64,000 nt of DNA from a virus (lineage: Duplodnaviria; Caudoviricetes), in the IMG/VR virus record IMGVR_UViG_3300023301_000008, positions 367 to 64,366 of that record; one strand, written 5' to 3'. Shown here in pieces: positions 9,500 through 18,769 of the stretch. The notes under the pieces are model-generated. The model saw only the letters and a program-made list of their open reading frames with translations, had not been told where the DNA came from and made no database searches. The position numbers and the translations under genes were made by a program. The stretch's first letter is position 1; every line of letters begins with the position of its first letter.

Positions 9500-10772
9500 G
9501 CATACCGGGGAGTGAATACTCTCCGGTGGACTGACGGAAGTACTCACTACCGCCATCCATGGCTGGTGTCTGTCGCCAGAGGCACGCACCCCAGTCACTG
9601 AGCTTGTCGTGGTGGAAGTGGTGTGTGATCAGAAGATCAGCCGCACCAATCGGGTCACGGCCAGCGGCCATATTTTTGAACCAATTTTGGGCTTTCTTGT
9701 CCTGCGTGGCACCCTGCACGCCCTTGCCATATACGTCTCCGTGTGTCGTGGCCAAACGCCAACCAGCCACGTCTACATACACGCCAGCCTCAGCCTCCGC
9801 GATGGTATATTCGACGTGCTGGAGAGCGGGGTCACGCTCAGTAGCCAATCGTGCCATCTCGAAGACCATAGTGTCGTCGTTGTCATAGAGTGTGGTCTTG
9901 TGGCCGTTGATCCGGTTCTCACCGTGGTTGCCTCGGGTGGCCAATACGATGACATCATCAAAGTACGGGGCGAGTCGGTCAATAGTATCCAAGATCGCAG
10001 TGACAGCTGTGTTAATCTGGCCGCGCCGAGTAAGGTCCAAACTGTACGACTGGTTCGGGTAGATCGTGCACCCCTCGATGATATCTCCACCTCCGATGAT
10101 AACCAACGTACCGATGCTTCGACCAATCAGTCTCAGCTCCATGACGCGTGCTTCGACCATAGCGAGGTATTTGTCCAAGCGAGCCAGTGTGGCGGGAGTT
10201 CCACCGTTCTCGTCCTTACCGAACTGGGTGTCGTTCAGTGAGATAACGAACACCCCACTGCCGGATGTCTGCAAGTTGCCTGTGTTGGCCACCGGAGATT
10301 TGGCTCTGAGGTTTCTCAGGCATTCAATCGGATCGAAGTCCTCTAGGACTACCTCATCAGACGCTGCAGTTGCGGCGATCTTCTTGAGGTTCGGCCATGC
10401 GGATAGCTTATTCGAGAATAGGCCATCACCGTAGGCGATAGATCGCACTGATACGTGGAAGTCTTCCGGCCTGTCTCCGGAAGAGCGCAGCCAGTCTCGC
10501 GCATCCTCCATAGTTACGGGGCGGTCGCGGACTGCCGCGTACCCTGTAACGGACTTGGTGCCCGTGGAGGAAGTTTCGGTGACCTCGCTCTGCATAGTTA
10601 CATCGCGCTCTCCGAGTTTGGGATCGGGGCCGTGCTTATAGTGCCTGCGGACACTGGCCTCCGATACGTCTAGTAGTTCTGCATAGAACGTGTTGGTGTG
10701 TTCTTCTTGGTCAAGGTGTACACCCTGAGCCAGTGAGTTTACACACACGCTGCAGCTGGAGTTATTTGCCAT
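9444..10772 (-). CDS. Calcineurin-like metallophosphoesterase (Mre11-like) with N-terminal HTH-like region
   Basis: DTQFG, GDIIEG, GNHGE, THGD and HHFHH motifs. Confidence 0.85.
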   Translation of the reverse strand: MANNSSCSVCVNSLAQGVHLDQEEHTNTFYAELLDVSEASVRRHYKHGPDPKLGERDVTMQSEVTETSSTGTKSVTGYAAVRDRPVTMEDARDWLRSSGDRPEDFHVSVRSIAYGDGLFSNKLSAWPNLKKIAATAASDEVVLEDFDPIECLRNLRAKSPVANTGNLQTSGSGVFVISLNDTQFGKDENGGTPATLARLDKYLAMVEARVMELRLIGRSIGTLVIIGGGDIIEGCTIYPNQSYSLDLTRRGQINTAVTAILDTIDRLAPYFDDVIVLATRGNHGENRINGHKTTLYDNDDTMVFEMARLATERDPALQHVEYTIAEAEAGVYVDVAGWRLATTHGDVYGKGVQGATQDKKAQNWFKNMAAGRDPIGAADLLITHHFHHDKLSDWGACLWRQTPAMDGGSEYFRQSTGEYSLPGMLTFVMTPQERLRDEQVLR

Positions 10773-10815
10773 TTGTCTTTATTTCTCCTTCGTAGGCAAG
10801 TTGCCTATAGCTATA

Positions 10816-11397
10816 CTAGCTTATTTCGGAGTGTGTTGCAGGGTCAGTCTGCTCCGGTGTTGTGATAGGGCCTGTGCTGGTTCCGAGCTTGTATCGGACT
10901 AGTTGTGTTCTTTGTTCGTCAATCTGCTCCATGGCTTCGCGGAGGTCGTTAACAGAACGGTCTCGTTCTCTTGTCAGACTGTCGATAATCTCTTTCTGGG
11001 TGTCAGCAGATTTAGTCAGAGTGATGATGAGCTGGTTCAGGGTAGCTACAGTCTCTCGCAACGAGACAACTTGCTTGTCTGCCATATCCAAAAGATGTTG
11101 GATTGTCCGAACAGCTGATTCTTTTTGGCTTCGCTCCTCGATTGCAGCCTCTTTGTATCGGTTGACGAGGTCAGACTCCTCGTCTACATCATTCTTGCGC
11201 TCCTGAACATTGGAGTTTCGTCTATTGATAAGGAACTGAATCACTCCGGTCACTATGGCACTGAAGACGGAGGCCGAGATGATAGCTCCGACGACCACAC
11301 TTATTATGTCTTGGCTTTCAGATGCCAGAGATGGTGCTACCTGGAGGACGTGTTGGAGGACGTATAGCATAGGGTTAGGGCTCCTCACTGCCTGCAT
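10816..11397 (-). CDS. Membrane-anchored coiled-coil protein
   Basis: One hydrophobic segment followed by a heptad-rich region; start uncertain. Confidence 0.55.
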   Translation of the reverse strand: MQAVRSPNPMLYVLQHVLQVAPSLASESQDIISVVVGAIISASVFSAIVTGVIQFLINRRNSNVQERKNDVDEESDLVNRYKEAAIEERSQKESAVRTIQHLLDMADKQVVSLRETVATLNQLIITLTKSADTQKEIIDSLTRERDRSVNDLREAMEQIDEQRTQLVRYKLGTSTGPITTPEQTDPATHSEIS

Positions 11398-11854
11398 CGA
11401 AGATGTCTATCGGAGTTGTGTCTGGATTCACGGCCTCTTTTACTCTGTTCGCTAGTTCTCTTCGTCTGTAATTCAGTGGGATGAAAAGCCACAAACCAAT
11501 CAAGATGACGCTGATTCTCATAAGAGGAGTGTCAGGCTCCGGTGATCTAATCTCATAGATGATGATACCTAACTGAAGGACTGCGTACGTGAGCGGAGTG
11601 ATCATCAGTATTGTCACTCCTAGGCGCTCAAGTATGAGGTTACTTCTTTTGAGTATTCCTGCAATACCGACTACGGCAGCAATCATTGTGAGTCCGGTCC
11701 ACACGATAATCCCGGAATAGGTCAACACGTCAACGGAAGCGGCAGGGGTGAACACAGCGTAGGATAGGGCCCACAGAAAGCTTACAGAGTAGATATACAA
11801 ATACTCTTTCCGCGTCCCTGTGGTTCCCCGAACCGATTCACGTAGTGTGCTCAT
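11375..11854 (-). CDS. Four-TM membrane protein
   Basis: Four hydrophobic segments. Confidence 0.6.
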   Translation of the reverse strand: MSTLRESVRGTTGTRKEYLYIYSVSFLWALSYAVFTPAASVDVLTYSGIIVWTGLTMIAAVVGIAGILKRSNLILERLGVTILMITPLTYAVLQLGIIIYEIRSPEPDTPLMRISVILIGLWLFIPLNYRRRELANRVKEAVNPDTTPIDIFDAGSEEP

Positions 11855-12107
11855 GTCGTATCTCCGAGCGGGTCAGTTTTTGGGTGGTCAGTACTCTATT
11901 GTAGGTCGAGATATACTGTTCTATCCCGGCCAGTCTGTACAGCACAGACAGTTTTGTACAGACAAAAGTGACGTAACTGCGGACCGACTTCTGTGCTAGA
12001 GTGGGGACACACTTCAGGTAGTTCGGTACGGTTTGACTTATTTCTGGGGAGTCACTACACTGAACGGTATCCCCGTCCAGTTCATTAATTACGTATAAAG
12101 GCAGCAC

Positions 12108-14708
12108 ATGGCAAATGACAATCTCTCTGTAATGGCGGAGCACTACGGCAGCATCGGCTGGAGCATCATGCCCACGCACGGGTTATTCCAGACCGGCCTG
12201 TGTACCTGTGGCGAGCGGCACAGCGACCCCAAAGATATTGGCAAGCACCCGGCCACCACGGGCGGGTTAAATGATGCCACCACCAACGGAGCAACCATTC
12301 ACGGATGGTGGGCCAACCAGCCCCTCTATAATGTTGCAGTAAACTGCGCCAAAACTGGTGTGTTTGTACTGGACGTTGACCCCCGTAACGGCGGTGTAGA
12401 TTCGTTCCTCAAACTAGAGGCCGAAATCAGCGGAGAATTTTTTGCCGAGGGATTCACCAAAACTGTGACGGCAACCACCGGAGAGTACACTCTCAACGGC
12501 CAGCCGATTCGGGGTACACACATGTACATCCTCGCACCGGAAGGTGTAGCACTCAGTGGAAAATTGAAGGACTTCCCAGGAATTGACATCAAGCATAAGG
12601 GGTACACTCTTGTTGCGCCCTCACGACACGTCTCCGGAGTTTTATACGGCTGGGCCCCGGGGCTGGCTCCGTGGGAGACCGTTATGGCCAAGCCGAGTCA
12701 GGTTCTTCTGGACCTGCTGAGCAAGAACACTGCACCCAGTTCCGGAGGCTCTGGCGGCATCGGTCGAACCAACTGGGACTGGCTGGGCGAGAAAATCAAC
12801 CTAGAGAGGTTCTTCTCCGAAGGCATTGACGAGGGGTCCCGAGTCACAGACATCTATACCATCGCATGTGCCATGGCGAACAAGTACGGCACCTCCGACA
12901 TGGACCGTAGTTTTATCGAGACACAGCTGTTGCGCTTCAACCACGAGATGGTCAGGCCCCCACTGGAGCTGGAAGGTACAGACGGCATCCTCCGGCACAT
13001 CCACAACGCTATTGACTTCGTGGCCGCGAACCCCAAAGACAAGAACATGCAAGGCATGGGCGGGTTCAGTGAGACTGTGCAGCGCGATGTTATGGGCTGG
13101 GCGAGGGGCACCGTAGAAGTCAAGAACACGATGACGAGAACCCAATCTGCGGATGAGAAGAACGAGCCCTACACCCGCGACGATGATGATGCTACCGGAG
13201 AGGACACTAACAGTGTGCCTCTGGATGTGAGCATTGCTATGGACGTAGACGCACTCTCCGAAGACGATGGAGGAACAGTAGGTGAGCGTACGCTCTCTGA
13301 TCTCGGAAACGGTCGTAGGTTTGTAGACGCGTTCGGCAACATCATGCGCTACACCCCCGGGCTCGGGTGGTTCAAATGGAACGGCCAGTACTGGAAGCCA
13401 GACACTGAGGACCTTGAGGTTCGTGAGCTAGCCAAGAAGTTAGGCTCGCTGATTAGCGCCGAGGCGGCTCATTATGAAGACTCGGATGCTCGCAAAGTTG
13501 TTCAGGCGTGGGCGAAGAACACCAAGTCCAATGCTCGTCAAGCTGCAGCTGTTGAGTCGTCACAGTCTGACCCTCGCGTAGGAGTAGATGTTGACCACTG
13601 GGACAACAACCCGCACCTTCTTGGTGTGGCCAACGGTGTCATCGACTTGCGTACCGGGGACTTGCTTCAGGGTCGCCCGGACCTGCACATCACGCGTAGG
13701 TCCCCTATCCGGTATAGCCCCGGATTCAGCACGCCGCGTTTCCAGGAGTTCCTTGACTTTGCCACACAAGGAGACAAGGAATACCAGAACTGGCTTAAGC
13801 GTGCGTTCGGCTACACACTGACGGGTCGCCGCGACTATGACGTTCTGTTCATCGTGTACGGTCCTGCCGGTTCTGGTAAGAACGTGTTTGTGGAGTCCCT
13901 AGTGAAGCTGCTAGGAACTAAGCAGTACGCGTTCCCACTGGACTCGCAGATTCTTGCACAGGGTGATGGTCGAGCCAACGCGGCAGACCTCTATCACTGG
14001 GCTGAGCTGCGTGGTCGCCGGATGATCTGGGTGGATGAGTTGCCCGAGTCCGAGCGTCTGAAAGAGAACGCGGTCAAGAAGCTGACCGGCTCCTCAGAAA
14101 TCTCGGCCCGCTCTCCAGGAGAGAAGCCGTTCACATTCGAAAGCCAAGGCAAGCTTTGGATCACCACGAACCACAGACCGGTCATTACTGACGATGCCAT
14201 GTGGCGCAGAATCCGTCCGATTCCGTGGATCAATGTTCCTGAGGTTGCGGACCCAACTTTGAAGGCGTACTTGCACGACCCCGAGGGCGGCCTTCCGGCT
14301 ATTCTAGCTTGGGCCGTTGAGGGTGCTATGGAGTTATATGCCTCCCGTGAGATTGATGCTCTCGGATGGTGCACCGCTGTTACGGATGCGGCAGAAGTTT
14401 ACCGCAAGAACGAGGACCGTCTGGGGCTCTTCCTTGAGGATGAAACTGAAGACGATGTTTCGTCCAGCCTGAAGATGCGTGACCTTTACGAAATTTACAA
14501 GGTCTGGAGTGAGGACCGCACCGAGCGTCCAATGTCTCGTATTGCTTTGGACCGTAAGCTGGCCGACCGTGGCCTACAGATTAGTGGTTCGGGGGGTAGT
14601 GCTGTAGTTTTGAGTAAGCGTCTGAAGACTCCAGGTGCTCCGGCACCTACGCACACTCCGGGGACCACTGATTGGGGACTAGCTGCTCGAATATCAAGAG
14701 ACGTATAG
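12108..14708 (+). CDS. Bifunctional primase-polymerase fused to D5/P4-family helicase
   Basis: CTCG...GKHP, VLDVDPRNGG, G.H, GIDIK...YTLVAPSRH prim-pol motifs; GPAGSGKN Walker A; ITTNHRP. Confidence 0.92.
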   Translation: MANDNLSVMAEHYGSIGWSIMPTHGLFQTGLCTCGERHSDPKDIGKHPATTGGLNDATTNGATIHGWWANQPLYNVAVNCAKTGVFVLDVDPRNGGVDSFLKLEAEISGEFFAEGFTKTVTATTGEYTLNGQPIRGTHMYILAPEGVALSGKLKDFPGIDIKHKGYTLVAPSRHVSGVLYGWAPGLAPWETVMAKPSQVLLDLLSKNTAPSSGGSGGIGRTNWDWLGEKINLERFFSEGIDEGSRVTDIYTIACAMANKYGTSDMDRSFIETQLLRFNHEMVRPPLELEGTDGILRHIHNAIDFVAANPKDKNMQGMGGFSETVQRDVMGWARGTVEVKNTMTRTQSADEKNEPYTRDDDDATGEDTNSVPLDVSIAMDVDALSEDDGGTVGERTLSDLGNGRRFVDAFGNIMRYTPGLGWFKWNGQYWKPDTEDLEVRELAKKLGSLISAEAAHYEDSDARKVVQAWAKNTKSNARQAAAVESSQSDPRVGVDVDHWDNNPHLLGVANGVIDLRTGDLLQGRPDLHITRRSPIRYSPGFSTPRFQEFLDFATQGDKEYQNWLKRAFGYTLTGRRDYDVLFIVYGPAGSGKNVFVESLVKLLGTKQYAFPLDSQILAQGDGRANAADLYHWAELRGRRMIWVDELPESERLKENAVKKLTGSSEISARSPGEKPFTFESQGKLWITTNHRPVITDDAMWRRIRPIPWINVPEVADPTLKAYLHDPEGGLPAILAWAVEGAMELYASREIDALGWCTAVTDAAEVYRKNEDRLGLFLEDETEDDVSSSLKMRDLYEIYKVWSEDRTERPMSRIALDRKLADRGLQISGSGGSAVVLSKRLKTPGAPAPTHTPGTTDWGLAARISRDV

Positions 14709-14740
14709 ACGCGCCTCTTGATTAAATTGGCGCGATATTT

Positions 14741-14824
14741 GCCTCAGTATCGTCGCTGTCTTATAAACAGTCCTATCTAATGACGTAATTGGTGGATGTG
14801 GGTTCAATTCCCATCTGGGGTACC
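14741..14824 (+). ncRNA. Atypical D-arm-less tRNA-Ile(TAT)-like RNA
   Basis: Acceptor gcctcag/ctggggt, anticodon arm gctgt-ctTATaa-acagt, T arm gtggg-ttcaatt-cccat; no D arm and a long extra region. Confidence 0.6.
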
Positions 14825-14953
14825 TATTGACAAAGAAGAAAATACGTGATAGAGTTTCTCTAGAAGCACAAAGCCAAACCCGTGTGAACTTGGTGATCCG
14901 GTCTTGCGGTTACTGACCGGCCCGCCGAGTGTGCTACAATGTATGAACAACAT

Positions 14954-15024
14954 AGGGCTATAGTCTAACGGTAAAACAGCAGTCTCCAAAACTGCATTTC
15001 CCAGTTCGAATCTGGGTAGCCCTG
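14954..15024 (+). tRNA. tRNA-Trp(CCA)
   Basis: Cloverleaf, gcagt-ctCCAaa-actgc. Confidence 0.9.
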
Positions 15025-15044
15025 CTCTATACAACTAAAAACTT

Positions 15045-15118
15045 AGCGAGGTAACCCGGAGGTGGTTCCGGTCAGGTCTCATACGCCTAGGACGAGGGTT
15101 CGACTCCCTCTCTCGCAA
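15045..15118 (+). tRNA. tRNA-Met(CAT)
   Basis: Cloverleaf, ctCATac loop, ggttcgactcc T arm. Confidence 0.8.
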
Positions 15119-15127
15119 CTATACCAA

Positions 15128-15200
15128 CGCAGAGTGACTGGAGGGGTCCCAGCACGGTCTCATACGCCGAAAGACGCGGGTTCAAATCCCGCCTCTGTGA
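15128..15200 (+). tRNA. tRNA-Met(CAT)
   Basis: Cloverleaf, cggt-ctCATac-gccg. Confidence 0.8.
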
Positions 15201-15652
15201 CTTATACGTCTCCTTTACGATCCCCGCAGCCACAACCGAGGATGTTGAGTGGAATACTCGGTCCAAGGGTGTGTGTGTGGGACCTTGAGGCTGTAGACAC
15301 TTCCGGGGCAGTTTATCGGCTCTTCTTTGGGAGCGTCAAAATCTCCTGGGATGCTACCCGAGACGTAGTGTAGCCGGACTCTTCTCAAAGAATTTTGAGA
15401 AAACTCTAGACACACCTCAAAATGTGTGTTAGTATTCATACATGAACGTTTTCGAGCACCCATTTGAACTGGATTACCCCCAGTAGAGGTCGAACACGCT
15501 TAAAAACTCGGCCTCCAATTCTGACACAGAATCGGGGGCCTTTCTAATTTAAACTCAAATCGAGTCTGAAAATTGATAACTACACAGAGTGAAGTAGTAG
15601 AAAGTAGTCTAGAGTTAAGTTCGACTCTCTAGATTGCTGGTATACTGTTGTA

Positions 15653-16372
15653 ATGAGAATAAACAGTAATACCCCATCCAAAGAGATGGTGGAGGATGCT
15701 ATTAGCAAATCAGAGACCATCAAGGAAGTTGGGCTACACCTCGGATACAAAGTCGGAGGCAGTCTAAACACTAGAGTGAAGTTCCTCGCAGAGCTTTACG
15801 AGCTGGACCTGCCCAAATTTGATTACCGCCTTGCTGCACAAAGAGTGGGCAGGTATAACAGGCTTTCAGACGAAGAGTGGTTCTCTCAAGGAACTTTCCG
15901 AAGTGGGGTACACACCAGGAAACGACTTGTGTCCCTCGGGGTTCCTGATATTTGTGCGGTTGTGGGATGTCCACTGAATCGTGGATTTTCGTGGCTAGGA
16001 GCTGATATAACCCCGCACGTAGATCACATAAATGGAGATAAATTTGACAACAGAAGAGATAATTTACAGTTTTTGTGCCCTAACTGCCACCAACAGACGG
16101 GAACCTGGGGGAACACTAGAAGAGGACCATCAAACGTAGAAGTTAATGTCTGTATCGACTGTGCAGATGAAATCTCTGTAGGGTCCGTACGGTGTAGGAC
16201 ATGTGACTCGAAAAATAAGATAGTGACTGGACGGGCAAGTAGAATATCTTGGCCCAAGGATCAAGAGCTATTGGTCATGGTTGAAAGAGATGGGTGTCGG
16301 GGGACAGGAAAAATTCTTGGTGTCTCCGACAACTCAATAAAGAAAAGACTTAGAAGGCAGAATCTTCTTTGA
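15653..16372 (+). CDS. HNH homing endonuclease
   Basis: HVDHINGDKFDNRRDNLQFLCPNCH; C-terminal HTH; AT-richer than neighbours. Confidence 0.9.
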   Translation: MRINSNTPSKEMVEDAISKSETIKEVGLHLGYKVGGSLNTRVKFLAELYELDLPKFDYRLAAQRVGRYNRLSDEEWFSQGTFRSGVHTRKRLVSLGVPDICAVVGCPLNRGFSWLGADITPHVDHINGDKFDNRRDNLQFLCPNCHQQTGTWGNTRRGPSNVEVNVCIDCADEISVGSVRCRTCDSKNKIVTGRASRISWPKDQELLVMVERDGCRGTGKILGVSDNSIKKRLRRQNLL

Positions 16373-16375
16373 TAT

Positions 16376-16447
16376 CTGGATATGGTGTAAGGGTTAGCGT
16401 ACGGCGTTCGGAACGCTGAGGACCAGTTTCGAGTACTGGTATCCAGA
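16376..16447 (+). tRNA. tRNA-Pro(CGG)
   Basis: cggcg-ttCGGaa-cgctg. Confidence 0.8.
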
Positions 16448-16461
16448 CGAATATGTAGTAA

Positions 16462-16535
16462 CAGAGAGTAGCTCAATTTGGTAGAGTGCTAGATTTGGAT
16501 TCTAGAAGCTGCAGGTTCAAATCCTGTCTCTCTGA
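16462..16535 (+). tRNA. tRNA-Pro(TGG)
   Basis: ctaga-ttTGGat-tctag. Confidence 0.9.
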
Positions 16536-16545
16536 CGAAGTACAG

Positions 16546-16619
16546 CAGAATGTGGAGCAGCCAGGTAGCTCGTCTTTCTGGGGAAATGAAGGTCGCAGGT
16601 TCGAATCCTGCCATTCTGA
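16546..16619 (+). tRNA. tRNA-Pro(GGG)
   Basis: Cloverleaf with ctGGGga loop; one anticodon-stem mismatch. Confidence 0.8.
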
Positions 16620-16865
16620 CAAAAGGTCTTGACAAACCTTAAAAATGTCTGTAGCATAGAAGTAGACATGGTGCCTGGGTGCGCCAGCAACCTGAGCCTT
16701 ACTAGTGTGCCGTAGGTGAAGAGAGGAAGTTGAGGCAGGCTTAGCGGCCTGATAGATGAGAATCTCATCCCAGACATGGTGGTTGAAGCTCAAGTAGTCG
16801 AGCCTTGACGAAAAATGTTCTTGACAAAACTTGAAACTGTCTGTGGAGTAGTAAAAGTACCGCCT

Positions 16866-16938
16866 GGTGGGCGTTGTATAAAGGTTATTACATCCGATTG
16901 TGATTCGGAAGATGGGGTTTCGATTACCCTCGTTCACC
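16866..16938 (+). tRNA. tRNA-His(GTG)
   Basis: tccga-ttGTGat-tcgga, G-1 present. Confidence 0.85.
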
Positions 16939-17043
16939 CGAAGAGGCAGTTGCTGTCTCGAATGTAAGACCCCGTAGTTACTGGACGTGACCTTAGTCGC
17001 GGGGTCGTGCATCGAAGGGGAGTCACGTCCCTGAGCAACACTT

Positions 17044-17116
17044 GCATTTGAAGACAAAAGGTAGAGTCGCTTCCCTGTCACGGAAGAGGTAGTGGGTTCA
17101 AGTCCCATCATTTGCG
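17044..17116 (+). tRNA. tRNA-Asp(GTC), two acceptor-stem mismatches
   Basis: cttcc-ctGTCac-ggaag; acceptor gcatttg/catttgc. Confidence 0.65.
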
Positions 17117-17119
17117 CGA

Positions 17120-17192
17120 GGGGGTGTTTGTGGGTTCGAATCCCATCTGGCGGGGGTCACCCTGCCGGTACGCTAACGGTAACGCGGCCTCC
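17120..17192 (+). ncRNA. Circularly permuted tRNA-like RNA (T arm, loop-closed acceptor stem, D arm; no anticodon loop)
   Basis: gtggg-ttcgaat-cccat, ctggcggg-loop-cctgccgg, cgc-taacggtaac-gcg, closed by gggggt/gcctcc. Confidence 0.6.
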
Positions 17193-17259
17193 GTGAATGT
17201 CAGAAAAGTCTTGACAAGATACTTATTTTCTGGTAGTGTTATAAACAAGTAGTAAGTAA

Positions 17260-17332
17260 GGTCCGTTAGCTCAGTGGTTAGAGTGCCTGCCTGTCACGTA
17301 GGAAGTCGCCGGTTCAAGTCCGGTACGGGTCG
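17260..17332 (+). tRNA. tRNA-Asp(GTC)
   Basis: Canonical cloverleaf, cctgc-ctGTCac-gtagg. Confidence 0.92.
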
Positions 17333-17395
17333 CGGTAATTGCTGTGTTGAACCCTGCAGTAATTGTGTGGTAGAATGTATCTAAGGGTTCAATTG

Positions 17396-17466
17396 GGCCC
17401 TATGGTGTAGAGGTAGCACACATCCCTCTCAAGGATACGGAAGCGGATCGTTACCGCTTAGGGTCA
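17396..17466 (+). tRNA. tRNA-Glu(CTC)
   Basis: atcc-ctCTCaa-ggat; atypical T loop. Confidence 0.75.
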
Positions 17467-17468
17467 CA

Positions 17469-18155
17469 ATGAAAACTACGGACGAAGGTTTTGCAGAACT
17501 AGTAAAAGACAGCACTAGTTACGCCGATATGTTTAGAAAAATGGGGTGGTCCACTAATGGAACATCATACCGACACTCACGTAAGCGAGTGGATAGGTTG
17601 GGGCTAGACACCTCCCACTTTAGGCGCGGGACTCCGGCTGGAGCACGGAAAAAGAATCAAACTGATCGACTAGTTCTAGGAGGTTTGGGGGGTTCAATTA
17701 GTGGCAGAGTTTTGAAGGCTGGTCTTCTTCAGATCGGTAGGCAATATGTGTGCGAAGGTGTATACGAGTTTTGTGGCAATCTGGGGGTGTGGCAGGGCCA
17801 GGAATTGACACTAGATGTTGACCACATAAATGGAGTTCGAAGTGATAATAGACCCGACAACCTAAGATTTTTATGCAAGAACTGTCACGGAATTACTGAG
17901 ACATTCGGGTCAAAAAATAGAAAAATTCGACCCCCGTCACGTTGCCACTGTGGTAGAGTGAAGGGTTCTCGATCTGTGGAATGTTCAGTTTGTTATGTAT
18001 CTTCTGGAAGAAACAGAGAGTCTCAAACTAAAAAAATTGATTGGCCCTCCAGGGAAGAACTTCTACTGAGGCTAAGCAGAAGTAGCTACCTAGCGGTATC
18101 AAAAGAGTTAGGAGTGTCAGACAATGCAATACGTAAGCACCTGAAAAACAATTAA
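17469..18155 (+). CDS. HNH homing endonuclease
   Basis: LDVDHINGVRSDNRPDNLRFLCKNCH; same architecture as 15653-16372. Confidence 0.9.
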   Translation: MKTTDEGFAELVKDSTSYADMFRKMGWSTNGTSYRHSRKRVDRLGLDTSHFRRGTPAGARKKNQTDRLVLGGLGGSISGRVLKAGLLQIGRQYVCEGVYEFCGNLGVWQGQELTLDVDHINGVRSDNRPDNLRFLCKNCHGITETFGSKNRKIRPPSRCHCGRVKGSRSVECSVCYVSSGRNRESQTKKIDWPSREELLLRLSRSSYLAVSKELGVSDNAIRKHLKNN

Positions 18156-18159
18156 ACAA

Positions 18160-18233
18160 GCCCCGTTGGTCTAGCGGTTATGATTCCAGATTTTCACTCT
18201 GAGAGATCGTCGGTTCGAATCCGACACGGGGTA
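18160..18233 (+). tRNA. tRNA-Glu(TTC)
   Basis: caga-ttTTCac-tctg. Confidence 0.88.
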
Positions 18234-18256
18234 CGCAACAACTAAATAAAACACAC

Positions 18257-18338
18257 GCCGTGTTATCCAAGTGGACAAAGGGTGCTGACTGTAAATCAGA
18301 TGTCAACGACTTCGTGAGTTCGAATCTCGCACGCGGTA
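18257..18338 (+). tRNA. tRNA-Tyr(GTA)
   Basis: ctga-ctGTAaa-tcag, long variable arm. Confidence 0.9.
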
Positions 18339-18354
18339 CGCAATAAGTGAATAA

Positions 18355-18428
18355 GCCAGCTTAGCTCAGTAGGCACGAGCGCATGACTGAAAATTATGAG
18401 GACACCGGTTCGAAACCGGTAGCTGGCA
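18355..18428 (+). tRNA. tRNA-Phe(GAA)
   Basis: catga-ctGAAaa-ttatg. Confidence 0.9.
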
Positions 18429-18520
18429 CAATGAGTGGGAGGAGGGTTTGATCACCTGACATCTACTCAGGGAGTGGCCGTTCTAGTAGAATCGATTCGG
18501 GACGGAATCACGCTCCATTT

Positions 18521-18604
18521 GGGTGTATGGCGCAACGGCGACGCAGCTGGCTTAGAACCAGTGACCTGAAAGATGGTTTCTCAGTTCGAATCTGAGTATG
18601 CCCA
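18521..18604 (+). tRNA. tRNA-Leu(TAG)
   Basis: gctgg-ctTAGaa-ccagt, long variable arm. Confidence 0.88.
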
Positions 18605-18619
18605 CAAAATTCAATACAA

Positions 18620-18694
18620 GCTCTCATAGCCCAACTGGTAGGAGGCGGGTGTCTCAAAAGCACCACAGTGTGAGTTCGAATCTCACTGGGAGTA
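18620..18694 (+). tRNA. tRNA-Leu(CAA), short variable loop
   Basis: ggtgt-ctCAAaa-gcacc. Confidence 0.85.
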
Positions 18695-18695
18695 C

Positions 18696-18768
18696 GCGTT
18701 TATAGCCCAACGGCAGAGGCAGAAGATTTAAATCCTTCTCAGTGCGGGTTCGAGTCCCGCTAGACGTA
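18696..18768 (+). tRNA. tRNA-Leu(TAA), short variable loop
   Basis: gaaga-ttTAAat-ccttc. Confidence 0.8.
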
Positions 18769-18769
18769 C

